From the NCBI GenBank assembly GCA_030429585.1, contig JAUIEU010000001.1:554316-618315 (forward strand): 64,000 nucleotides of DNA, in the 5' to 3' direction. A model generated the notes under the pieces. It did no database searches and was not told where the DNA came from. It worked only from the letters and a program-made list of their open reading frames with translations. Made by a program: the position numbers and the translations under genes. The DNA is from a bacterium. GTDB taxonomy: Bacteria > Cyanobacteriota > Vampirovibrionia > Vampirovibrionales > Vampirovibrionaceae. Below, in pieces: positions 10,350-21,159 of the stretch; the first letter of the stretch is position 1; each line of letters begins with the position of its first letter.

Positions 10350-11450
10350 GTGCCTAAAAAACGTATTTTAGTAGCCACTGGCGGCGGCGATTGCCCCGGC
10401 CTAAACGCAGTAATTCGTGCCATTGTGCGCCGTACCAGCCAAGAGCCCGATTGGGAAGTGGTCGGTAGCATCGAAGCCTTTAACGGCATTTTAAAAGATC
10501 CACCAGAAGTGGTACGCTTAACCAAGCGGGATGTATCCGGTATCCACATTCGTGGGGGTACCATTTTAAAAACCACCAATAAAGGTGGCCCGTTTGCCTG
10601 GCCGGTAGAACAACCTGATGGCACCTGGGCAACCGAAGACCGCACGGAAGAAATGCTAAACCGCTTAAAAGACCCCCTGGGTGTGGAAGCGGTGATTAGT
10701 ATTGGCGGCGAAGGCAGTATGGATATTGCCCAAAAGCTGCACGAGCGTGGCCTAAACGTGATTGGTGTGCCAAAAACCATTGATAATGACCTCTCTTCCA
10801 CAGATGTGACTTTTGGTTTTCAAACAGCGGTAGAAATTGCTACTGATTCGGTGGATAAGCTGGTAACCACAGCGGCTAGCCATAACCGACTGTTGATTTT
10901 AGAAGTGATGGGTCGTTATGCTGGCTGGATTGGCCTAAGTGCTGCCGTTGCCGGTGGGGCGCATGTCGCGCTGATACCGGAAATTCCGTATGACATTGAA
11001 AAGGTGGCAGAAGCCGTTAACGAGCGGATGCAGGGTAACCGCGGGTACTGCATTGTGGTGGTTAGCGAAGGCGCTAAGGCCCTGGGTGGCGAGCGTGTTA
11101 GCCAAAAAAGCGACCAAGTGGGCTACCAAAACGAAATGTTGGGTGGTGTGGGCCACCGGTTGCTGGCTCAGCTTAAGCAGCACATGGATATAGATGCCCG
11201 TGTGATGATTTTGGGCCACCTGCAGCGGGGCGGCACCCCCACGGCCTACGACCGTATTTTGGCCACCCAATTTGGTGTTAAGGCAGTAGAACTGGCCTTA
11301 GAAGGCAAGTTTGGCACCATGGTGAGCTACCGAAAGCCCCATATTGTGGATGTGCCCATTAAAGAAGCCATTAATAAATATAACTACGTTAGCCTGGATA
11401 GCGACCTTGTCCAAGCGGCTCGTGGTGTGGGCATTTGCTTAGGCGATTAG
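10350..11450 (+). CDS. pfkA: 6-phosphofructokinase (PfkA family)
   Basis: TGGGDCPGLNAVIRA, GGTIL, PKTIDND, EVMGR, LGHLQRGG; probable GTG start at 10350. Confidence 0.95.
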   Translation: MPKKRILVATGGGDCPGLNAVIRAIVRRTSQEPDWEVVGSIEAFNGILKDPPEVVRLTKRDVSGIHIRGGTILKTTNKGGPFAWPVEQPDGTWATEDRTEEMLNRLKDPLGVEAVISIGGEGSMDIAQKLHERGLNVIGVPKTIDNDLSSTDVTFGFQTAVEIATDSVDKLVTTAASHNRLLILEVMGRYAGWIGLSAAVAGGAHVALIPEIPYDIEKVAEAVNERMQGNRGYCIVVVSEGAKALGGERVSQKSDQVGYQNEMLGGVGHRLLAQLKQHMDIDARVMILGHLQRGGTPTAYDRILATQFGVKAVELALEGKFGTMVSYRKPHIVDVPIKEAINKYNYVSLDSDLVQAARGVGICLGD

Positions 11451-11649
11451 AGCAATGTGTGGCTGTGGTTACTAAATACTTATGTAGAAGCAACTGGAGC
11501 CGGTGCGGGGTGTAACATACGTAGTATGGCACCCCAGCAGACCAATCGGGGGCGAGCATTGCCCGTGATACCCTAAATTGGCAAGCGCAGCCGCCGTTGG
11601 GAAGGCGAACAGTAAGCGTATTAATCGCTAATAAGCTATTGGGAGAGGT

Positions 11650-11698
11650 TTGGAGACACCTTGTCTCCAATGGGAGTGAAGAGGGCTAGCCCTCTTCA
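11650..11698. terminator. tandem hairpins between the convergent pfkA and 11734 genes
   Basis: TTGGAGACA-CCT-TGTCTCCAA and TGAAGAGGGC-TA-GCCCTCTTCA inverted repeats, followed by an A-run (a U-run on the minus strand would precede the hairpins). Confidence 0.5.
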
Positions 11699-11733
11699 AG
11701 CAAAAAATCACCTAAGAAGATTGTTGATTAGCC

Positions 11734-12498
11734 CTAGATTTTCTTCCACTTTAGGGCGACGAAGGCCAGGTTGGCAATGGCGGCCATGGGACGAATGAAG
11801 GGGAAGCGGCGGCCTAGTTTTGCCATTTGCAACATGCGGCGCCCCGCCCAACTGGTTTTGTAGTGCTTGCGGGCCCCAATAAATTTTTCCATCAGTAGGC
11901 GGCGCTTACTGCCTTCTTTCATTTTTAGGGCATTTTTTAGGGTATCCCATTGGCTGGCTTTTATGTTTTGGCTGCCGGTGTTGTTGGCTTTTACATGGTT
12001 GACGACCCCATCCATGGCCTCGTTGTAGGTGGTTACGGTGGTTTTGGGGTCGCGGTCATGCTGGGGGTCTAAAATGGTTTCCAGCACATCACTTAGCCGA
12101 TGAAAGGGGGTGCGTTTGGCATTGTTCAGCCCACTATCTAACCCGGCTTTTAGTATTTTACTGCCCTTACGGCTTAACCAAATAGAAAGGGGCAACCCAA
12201 TAATAGGGTACAAGCACATGCCGCCAGGGATGGCCAAGTTGCCTGCGGTAACCGCGGCAGGTAGGCCGTATTTGTACACAAAGCCTTTAATCACACGGCC
12301 ATCGTTGGGGTCATTCATTAATTGTTTTAGGGGCTGCCACAGGCCACTTAGGTTTTTAGGGAGCAGTCGGCTTACCGGGTTACAACCACCAAACCGCACA
12401 GAATCGTTGCCAGTGGCTAGGCTGGCCCTACGGTTGCTACGGGCGGCACCGGCAATCGTAGGTGCATGGGTAGTGGGTGTGGAAAGGGGGGTAATCAT
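11734..12498 (-). CDS. hypothetical basic membrane protein with an N-terminal low-complexity leader ending VRFG
   Basis: 254 aa; T/P/A-rich N-terminus to SVRFG, two hydrophobic segments, Lys/Arg-rich C-terminus. Confidence 0.75.
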   Translation of the reverse strand: MITPLSTPTTHAPTIAGAARSNRRASLATGNDSVRFGGCNPVSRLLPKNLSGLWQPLKQLMNDPNDGRVIKGFVYKYGLPAAVTAGNLAIPGGMCLYPIIGLPLSIWLSRKGSKILKAGLDSGLNNAKRTPFHRLSDVLETILDPQHDRDPKTTVTTYNEAMDGVVNHVKANNTGSQNIKASQWDTLKNALKMKEGSKRRLLMEKFIGARKHYKTSWAGRRMLQMAKLGRRFPFIRPMAAIANLAFVALKWKKI

Positions 12499-12578
12499 AT
12501 GGGGATGACGAAGGTGGGCTCTGCTGTAGGGTGTCTCTCTCTGGGCGGCACAGGGGTGCTCGCTTATGGGGATGAATC

Positions 12579-12633
12579 CCCCTAAAGGCCGCTTGATGCT
12601 AGCAGGGTGGATGTTTGTAACAGTGGGGTTACC
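12579..12633 (-). promoter_or_regulatory. conserved upstream element, copy A (GGTAAC-N6-GTTACA-N13-CTAGCA-N6-GGCCTTTAGGGG)
   Basis: Aligns with near-identical spacing to copy B at 56666-56719. Confidence 0.6.
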
Positions 12634-12766
12634 AGGTTGTTACAAGGGCACTTACTCACATATCCCCAGTGCCACCTTTCCAACACAGGCTGTGCCGTTG
12701 GGTTAGTGGGTGGCGTGCAGGGGGCGTTGTGGGATGAAAAAAATGTCTCTCTGTAAGTATGTCCGT

Positions 12767-12841
12767 TAAAAAGAAAAAAGTGCTGGTAACCGCCCCAAGC
12801 CCTGCGTAGGGCATTGGGCCAGTCGTTTGTCGGTTACCAGC
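12767..12841 (-). terminator. long rho-independent terminator-like hairpin
   Basis: Perfect 11-bp outer stem GCTGGTAACCG/CGGTTACCAGC enclosing an inner stem, followed on the minus strand by ACTTTTTTCTTTTT. Confidence 0.75.
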
Positions 12842-12929
12842 GGGGTTGCATGTCTCTCCTCAAATGGGGTTGCGCTAAGGCTCTATTCTGTTTGTCTCTA
12901 ACCGTGTTTCCTTATTTCTATAATTAATA

Positions 12930-13325
12930 TTAGGCGGCCAAGTTTAGGTGGCGGGTGGGTAGGGTGTGGGAACGACCCAGTAACCGTTTGGCGGTATGCA
13001 GGCCAAATACACCCAGTACCAAGCCTAAAAAGCCGGGGGCACGCATACCCATTTTGCGTGTGGCCCACTTAACAGGGTAGTAGGCCAATGTTGCCTGCAT
13101 TACCGATTTTACCGCTGTTTTTAATACAGAAGGCCGCTTGTGTGGGGCATAGGGCACGGCACTGTAAGGGGTGGGGGTGGTTTTAAACAGGTTTTGTCCA
13201 ACGTTTAGGGCGGCCTCGGTTAAGGGGTGCATACCGCTGGCGTTGGTGGTGGGGTTAATGGGTAACATAACAGTGACTCTCTTCTCTGGGGGCGTGGTGG
13301 GCGGTGATGTGTTGGGGTGTGTCAT
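12930..13325 (-). CDS. hypothetical membrane protein
   Basis: 131 aa; P/T-rich N-terminus, hydrophobic segment, C-terminal LNLAA. Confidence 0.7.
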   Translation of the reverse strand: MTHPNTSPPTTPPEKRVTVMLPINPTTNASGMHPLTEAALNVGQNLFKTTPTPYSAVPYAPHKRPSVLKTAVKSVMQATLAYYPVKWATRKMGMRAPGFLGLVLGVFGLHTAKRLLGRSHTLPTRHLNLAA

Positions 13326-13489
13326 GGTGGGGTGAAATGGGTTACTGTGGTGTCCATATCCTTACTATAGGGGTTTTTAACCCACGCCTCATGAGACGGA
13401 ACACTCATTGTTGTGGGTGTTGGCCTAGGTGATTTTACCCAGTAGGCAGAATTACCCAGTCCTTTGTGGGTCGTTCTGGGTTATTCCTC

Positions 13490-13741
13490 TCATGCGTGTT
13501 GGCAGGCAACAAGGTTTAATAAGGGTGCAGCAAACGTTAGCCCTTTAACCGGGCTACTAGCGGGCGTTGCCGTTAGAGCCTTGTGGTAGGCGCCCCCGCG
13601 TGCGGAGGTTACTGCTACGAGATAAACCCTCTGATGTTGCCAAACCTTCCCATGGATTGGCTCGGTTACCCTTGGGGTCTCTGGGTAAATCCAACAGCCG
13701 TTGCTTTTGTAGCGGCTGTTTTTATTAGTGGCGTTATTCAA
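13490..13741 (-). CDS. possible small hypothetical protein
   Basis: The ATG overlaps the stop of the upstream 13734 gene (ATGAATAA), suggesting translational coupling; no family recognised. Confidence 0.3.
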   Translation of the reverse strand: MNNATNKNSRYKSNGCWIYPETPRVTEPIHGKVWQHQRVYLVAVTSARGGAYHKALTATPASSPVKGLTFAAPLLNLVACQHA

Positions 13742-14726
13742 ATATCAGCAAATGGGGCGAGGGAACCTCTAACGAGGGGCTATCGCTGGGGGCCTTAAGC
13801 AGTAAGTATTCGGTGCGCTGGTTGGGGGTAATGGCAACGGCCCATTGGTTACACAAGGCAGACATTAGAAAATGCCCACGGCCACTTACATCTAATACAC
13901 CCTCGCCAGTGGCGTGGCGTTTAATACCCTTTAATGCCGGCGGCGCCGTTAGTCGGCCCCATTGGTCCACCACGCTAAAGGCATGGTAGGGCTCGTTAAA
14001 ATACTGCACGTGCCCGGTGGTTAGGCCTACTTCATCCTTGCTATCGGTAATGGTAAAGGGTTGGCCCTTGGTGTAGTTGCCGTGGGGTGGCCCGTGGTAG
14101 CAAGCGTTGTAAATAGCTTCCACCACCGCTGTAGAAAGGTTGGGTAGGTGGGGGTGCTGCTTCCCTAAATGGTCGGCCAGTGTTTCGCGGTAATCATGGA
14201 TGTGCTGGCTGTTTTGGATGGTATTGTGGTGGGCGGGGTTAAAGGGTAGCTCTTGTGTAAAAGAAAAAGGCGTTGTGTGCTGCCGTTGGTATTGGTAGCG
14301 TTGCCATAGGGTTAGCCAGGCCAAGCCATCGGCGGCATTTAAATCGATATAGCGACCAATGCCTAAGGTGAATAAGGTGGTTACCCAGCTATCAATAGGG
14401 TTTTTGGTGGCCAGGGCCACTTGGCGGCGTAGGGGCTGGGGTATGGTGGCCTCTACCCATTGGCAAAATTCTTGCTGTTGAATGTGGGTGAGTGGCGGGC
14501 AGGTAATGAGTAATAAAGGAAAGGGGGTGTCTGCCGTTGGGTTCGCCGAAGCTTGGCACCAGGGGGCAACATCAGCAAGGTGGGTGAATTGGTGGGTATC
14601 TAGGGTGGCGGCATCCAATACAGGCTGGCTGCCCAATGGCCAATGCAGCACCCACAAGGGGTGCAAGGGTTGGGCGATACCACTGGGGGTATGGGCCACG
14701 GTTTGAGCTGATGGAGGCAGGGCCAT
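13734..14726 (-). CDS. HATPase_c-fold (anti-sigma/RsbW-like) protein with an N-terminal degenerate receiver-like region
   Basis: N-box-like AVVEAIYNACYHG, G1-like SVVDQWG, G2-like SGRGHFL. Confidence 0.7.
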   Translation of the reverse strand: MALPPSAQTVAHTPSGIAQPLHPLWVLHWPLGSQPVLDAATLDTHQFTHLADVAPWCQASANPTADTPFPLLLITCPPLTHIQQQEFCQWVEATIPQPLRRQVALATKNPIDSWVTTLFTLGIGRYIDLNAADGLAWLTLWQRYQYQRQHTTPFSFTQELPFNPAHHNTIQNSQHIHDYRETLADHLGKQHPHLPNLSTAVVEAIYNACYHGPPHGNYTKGQPFTITDSKDEVGLTTGHVQYFNEPYHAFSVVDQWGRLTAPPALKGIKRHATGEGVLDVSGRGHFLMSALCNQWAVAITPNQRTEYLLLKAPSDSPSLEVPSPHLLIFE

Positions 14727-14831
14727 AATGACGCATTATACCCTGCTAGAGGGTATGTTGGGGGCCTGCTGTGGGGGATCTCCCCCATCTACGGTAGGGT
14801 CGCGTAGGCCAAGTGGTGGTTAAAGTGGTGG

Positions 14832-15542
14832 TTAAGGAATAAGGTTGTGCTGCTTAGCCACGTACGCCGCTTGAGTTCGATTGGCGACTTTCAATTTTTT
14901 AAACACATGGGCCAAGTGGTTTTTCACTGTGGTGGGAGAGATGCATAATTCGGAAGCGATGTGCTGGTTGGTGGCCCCTCGGCCAATATGCATCAGTATC
15001 TCTCGCTCGCGGGGGGTCACGCGGTCTACCTGTGGGGCGGTATGGCCGCTAGGGTGGCTGGCAAAGCCAGGGAGGACGTCTTGTTGGAGGGGGAGCGGGG
15101 TAGAGAGGGTAGGGCTGGTTGACTCGACGGGTATGGGGTGGCTTGGGCGATTATGGTTAGAAGGTGCTCCAGAAGGTTGCTGGCCTTTATAAAAGCCAGT
15201 AATGGCGGCTTCTATCACACTTTTTGGGGTGTTTTCCGTAAAGTAGTACTGTACCCCGTGGTGGAGCAACGCGGTTTGTTCTTCAATGGTGGGCACAGCG
15301 GTTACCACCAGGGTGGGGGTGGCGTGGGTGTTTTCCAAGGCGAGTAAATCCTTAACCGCATCCACAATAAGCAAGCTGCCTTGTTGTAATATACTGGTAT
15401 GGATAATAACCGCCCGAATAGGCCGGTATTGCTGAATGGTTTTAGCCACCATGCCTAAGGAGTGGGCGACCAAAACACCGTGCTTGGTGTGGGCTTGCAC
15501 CCATGGTTGATTTGGGAGAGAGACCAGCAAGGTATAACTCAT
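14832..15542 (-). CDS. LuxR/NarL-family transcriptional regulator with an atypical receiver domain
   Basis: C-terminal VTPREREILMHIGRGATNQHIASELCISPTTVKNHLAHVFKKLKVANRTQA HTH. Confidence 0.9.
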   Translation of the reverse strand: MSYTLLVSLPNQPWVQAHTKHGVLVAHSLGMVAKTIQQYRPIRAVIIHTSILQQGSLLIVDAVKDLLALENTHATPTLVVTAVPTIEEQTALLHHGVQYYFTENTPKSVIEAAITGFYKGQQPSGAPSNHNRPSHPIPVESTSPTLSTPLPLQQDVLPGFASHPSGHTAPQVDRVTPREREILMHIGRGATNQHIASELCISPTTVKNHLAHVFKKLKVANRTQAAYVAKQHNLIP

Positions 15543-15812
15543 GGAAGAAGGGCCTTTAACATTACCGATGATGATGCGTTCAAAGCGATCAAAATAAGGC
15601 GGTGGTTTATTACCTAAAACGGATTGTTCTTTTCATTATAGAAATTATACAGCATAATCCCAATGGCCTAGCGGATGAATCTTCTATTTAGAAATATTGT
15701 GCATTAGTATACATAGTTGGGTTGGGTACCTTTCCAAGTATGGCGGCAAAGGGTAGCATGGAGGCCGTACACGGAATGATGAGTAGCGTTTTACAAGGTG
15801 GGCACAGCAACT

Positions 15813-16808
15813 ATGGCAATATTGGTAACCGGTGGCGCAGGCTATATTGGCAGCCACGTGGTGTGGGCTTTGCAAGATAAGGACATACCAGTGGTTGTGG
15901 TGGATAATTTAGTGACGGGTCACCGTTGCCTGCTGCCGGAATCGGTGCCCTTTATTACGGCGGATGTGGACGATATGGCCCAAATGGCCCACGTGTTTCA
16001 TTCCCATGCGGTCACGGCTGTTATTCATTTGGCGGCTAGTTTGTTGGTGGAAGAAAGCGTGACCCAACCGGCGGCCTATTACCAAAACAATATAGGCGCC
16101 ATGGCAGGGTTGCTGGCGGCAGGCACGGCGGCTGGGGTTAAGCAGTGGGTGTTTTCATCGTCTGCGGCGGTGTATGGGCCTACAGGCCAGCACCCTGTGG
16201 CAGAAAATGCCTCTTTGGCGCCCGCCAACCCGTATGGGCGAACCAAATTGGCTGGCGAGTGGCTATTGGCGGATGCCATGACCGCTTGCCATGGTAGTGC
16301 GGTTACTTTGCGCTATTTTAACGTGGCTGGCGCCGACCCACAGGGCCGAAGTGGTGAATGTCCACCGGTGGCTACCCATTTGGTAAAACGGGCCTGCATG
16401 GTGGCCACCGGCCAAAAAGAGTGCTTACAGGTGTTTGGCACGGATTACGATACGCCGGATGGCACCTGTGTGCGAGATTATGTGCACGTGAGCGATGTGG
16501 CAGACGCCCATGTGAAAGCGCTAGCCTATTTAGCGGGGGGTGGCCACAGCACCACGCTAAATGTGGGGTACGGGCAAGGTATTTCTGTACAACAGATGCT
16601 AACCGCCTTTGAACACCAGCTAGGGAGGCCGTTACCCGTTACCCATGCCCCCCGCCGGGCTGGGGATGTAGCGATTGCGGTGGCGAATGCCAGCAATATA
16701 AAGGCCACTTTGGGCTGGGCCCCTAACCACGATGATGTGGCCCCCATTGTACAAACCGCCTTAGCCTGGGAAAACACGTGGATGACCAAGGCCCCTGTGG
16801 CGCCTTAG
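15813..16808 (+). CDS. galE: UDP-glucose 4-epimerase
   Basis: ILVTGGAGYIGSH, SSSAAVYG, PYGRTK, LRYFNVAGA, GTCVRDYVHV. Confidence 0.95.
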   Translation: MAILVTGGAGYIGSHVVWALQDKDIPVVVVDNLVTGHRCLLPESVPFITADVDDMAQMAHVFHSHAVTAVIHLAASLLVEESVTQPAAYYQNNIGAMAGLLAAGTAAGVKQWVFSSSAAVYGPTGQHPVAENASLAPANPYGRTKLAGEWLLADAMTACHGSAVTLRYFNVAGADPQGRSGECPPVATHLVKRACMVATGQKECLQVFGTDYDTPDGTCVRDYVHVSDVADAHVKALAYLAGGGHSTTLNVGYGQGISVQQMLTAFEHQLGRPLPVTHAPRRAGDVAIAVANASNIKATLGWAPNHDDVAPIVQTALAWENTWMTKAPVAP

Positions 16809-16840
16809 GTTGTACCCTTTGCTTTTTCCCCTTGGTTAAT

Positions 16841-16875
16841 AAAAAACACCCCGCTAGGGCAAACCTAACGGGGTG
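16841..16875 (-). terminator. rho-independent terminator
   Basis: Minus strand reads CACCCCGTTAGG-TTTGC-CCTAGCGGGGTG-TTTTTT, downstream of the zinc-ribbon gene and convergent with galE. Confidence 0.8.
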
Positions 16876-16898
16876 AATAGTGTTTAATTTAGCAAAGC

Positions 16899-17186
16899 TT
16901 ATGCCATGCAGCCTCTGCAGTACACAGGCTTGCGGCCATCTGGCTTAAAGGGCACTTGGGTTTCGCAACCACAAGCGGCGCAAACAACGTCAAACATTTG
17001 ACGTGGGCCACGGCTACCGCCGCCACCGCCGCCAAAACCTTGGTTGCGTTGTTTTTTAGCGTTACGACATTCTTTACAACGACGTGGAGGCTGAAAGCCT
17101 TTGGACGAAAAGAATTCTTGCTCTTCTGGAGTGAAAATGAAATCGGCATTGCAATCGCAACACTGAAGGGTTTGTTCCGTATACAT
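16899..17186 (-). CDS. zinc-ribbon / CxxC-x17-CxxC domain protein
   Basis: CCDCNADFIFTPEEQEFF..KGF..PRRCKECR, a Gly-rich linker, then CAACG...VPFKP...PVYCRGC. Confidence 0.9.
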   Translation of the reverse strand: MYTEQTLQCCDCNADFIFTPEEQEFFSSKGFQPPRRCKECRNAKKQRNQGFGGGGGGSRGPRQMFDVVCAACGCETQVPFKPDGRKPVYCRGCMA

Positions 17187-17427
17187 GGAAAATAGTTCCT
17201 AACGTTAGGGATGATTATATTGGCTAACCAGACGAGAACCACATTTCGTGACCATTAGTAATCCATGACCAGATTTGGACGGATCCCTTCAGATTTGCTA
17301 TTGCCATTATCCGCCATGTTTGTAATTTTTCAAGTCCTTTATATCTGGTTCCTCTATATGATGCACCCAAAAGCCCCTAGGGTTATGCTTATAGCCACTT
17401 TACTAATCTTTCCTAAAGAAGGCGTTT

Positions 17428-17790
17428 GTGATGGTTTTTTTGGATGAGCGGCCCGAAAGCAACCGCGATATTTTTATAAAACGGAAAATCCGGCAGTGGT
17501 GGATAGTGGGTGTGATGGGCACCCCCCTAGTGCTTTTTTCCGTGGGGTTTAAGTTGTTTCCTCACCGAATGAAGGCGCTGTCCAAAACGCTACCGATAGA
17601 GATTGGGGGCGTTGATGGGTATACTATTGTGCCTGTGTTTATTACGGTGCTGGCGGTGCTAACGCTTATTGTAACCTTGGCTAATTGGCGATGCCCTCAG
17701 TGCGATGGGTTTTTTGGCCGCAATATTTTTATCCATGGCTGTAACCGCTGTGGCTTCGATTCCAGGGATGATGATAATCGCTTGGGGTAA
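17428..17790 (+). CDS. hypothetical two-TM protein with a C-terminal CxxC...CxxC zinc ribbon
   Basis: Two hydrophobic helices followed by WRCPQC...CNRCG. Confidence 0.7.
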   Translation: MMVFLDERPESNRDIFIKRKIRQWWIVGVMGTPLVLFSVGFKLFPHRMKALSKTLPIEIGGVDGYTIVPVFITVLAVLTLIVTLANWRCPQCDGFFGRNIFIHGCNRCGFDSRDDDNRLG

Positions 17791-17805
17791 GTTAAAAATA
17801 GCGTA

Positions 17806-19821
<2,016 letters not shown>

Positions 19822-19948
19822 AGAAAGTAGAAAAGTGGCTAGACCAATATGGCTTATATTTATAGGCTGTACGGGCAATAGCTTATACAGAAGGGTATAA
19901 GGGCATGCGATAGGGCTAGTATAACGAAAAATATGTAGGACGATTGTA

Positions 19949-20539
19949 ATGACCACCACCACTGTTGAGGCGTTGTCCTTGGATGCGACCCCCGGCATCC
20001 AAGCCCTGCTGCAAGAACTCTTTAATTTGTTAGATATTCCTTTTGCCAGCGACACGATTACGCGGTCTGACCTTTTTTTGCTATTTGAAGCATGCAAGGT
20101 GCGTGTTGTGACCATTGCCAAAAAGGCAACCACGGAGCAGGATACCGACACCGCCGCACTGATTGTGACGCGGATGGGGATTATTACCCACCAAATTCGC
20201 TTAATGCTATCGCAACAGCAGATAAAGGCCACGTGTGTCGGGTACACCAACGAAATCCCTAAACTGTTAAAAGAAAGGCCTTACCAAATGATGGTGTTGG
20301 ATGTGCCTTACGAGCGAGGGATAGACGGCGGTTTGGTCTCTTCTATGCCAGAAGAACTTGCCTACGTGTTAAAGTGCCAACGGGCACTAAATACCCGCCT
20401 TAATATGATTGCCATAATGGACCCCTACGATAAACGACGGCCGATTATTGAAAAAACGGGCGTCCATACCATTGTGAAAGAAGGCGGCTGGCAGGCCCAA
20501 TTAAAAGAGACCTTAAACGACCTTGTTTCCGTTGAATAG
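19949..20539 (+). CDS. hypothetical protein with a degenerate receiver-like C-terminal domain
   Basis: Alpha/beta pattern ALIVTR...YQMMVLDV...IAIMD...GVHTIVK resembles a REC fold. Confidence 0.6.
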   Translation: MTTTTVEALSLDATPGIQALLQELFNLLDIPFASDTITRSDLFLLFEACKVRVVTIAKKATTEQDTDTAALIVTRMGIITHQIRLMLSQQQIKATCVGYTNEIPKLLKERPYQMMVLDVPYERGIDGGLVSSMPEELAYVLKCQRALNTRLNMIAIMDPYDKRRPIIEKTGVHTIVKEGGWQAQLKETLNDLVSVE

Positions 20540-20628
20540 GCATTTGTGTTGGCTGTGGTACTAGCGGTATACTGTGGCTAATATTAGGTTAATCAGCGTG
20601 TTGCTGTAGTGTAATAAGGTGCGGATAA

Positions 20629-21090
20629 TTGATGACAGTGGATTGGACGCCGTGGCAGTGGTGGGTGGCCTTAAGTGCCTTTTTAATTGTGGTGGAAATG
20701 GTCTCTACCAGCTTTTATGTTTTCTTTTTTGCTATGGGGGCTGCCGCAACGGCGGCTATCTCTTTTGCGTTGGGTTACCAGCTAGAGCGAGAATTGGCCG
20801 TGTTTTTAGGGGCCAGCATTATTAGCATTTGGCTGTTTAGGCCCTTGATGTGTAAGTGGCTTAAAATAGGCGAACAACCCTCGGTGGCCAGTAATGTGGG
20901 GGCCCTAATGGGCGAAGATGCCAAGGTGCTAGAAGCGGTTACAGAAGATGGTGGCCGCATTAAACTGCGCCAAACCGGCGAAGTGTGGAGCGCATATGTG
21001 CCGGTGGGCCACACCCCTATTGAAGAAGGCCGAACGGTTGTGGTGCAAGCTGTAGATGGCGCCAAATTGTGCGTTGTGGCCACAGACTAG
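20629..21090 (+). CDS. NfeD-family membrane protein
   Basis: Three TM segments plus OB-fold motifs (LMGEDAKV, GEVWSA, VVVQAVDGAKLCV), upstream of an SPFH gene. Confidence 0.9.
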   Translation: MMTVDWTPWQWWVALSAFLIVVEMVSTSFYVFFFAMGAAATAAISFALGYQLERELAVFLGASIISIWLFRPLMCKWLKIGEQPSVASNVGALMGEDAKVLEAVTEDGGRIKLRQTGEVWSAYVPVGHTPIEEGRTVVVQAVDGAKLCVVATD

Positions 21091-21159
21091 TCGTTATTAT
21101 CAAACTCGTTACCTGCGTTACCCGTTTTTTCAGCGTTGTATAAACAAGGATTCCCTTCC

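Noticed and set aside
11496-11540. Group II intron domain V-like GAGCCG start
   Set aside because: The following sequence does not fit the domain V hairpin and there is no reverse transcriptase ORF.
17265-17447. 60-aa hydrophobic ORF
   Set aside because: Lies in a divergent promoter region, overlaps the 17428 start, and has no RBS or recognisable motif.
19822-20250. N-terminal extension of UvrB in the ORF track
   Set aside because: Overlaps the divergent 19949 gene; UvrB homology begins at MESPF (19821).
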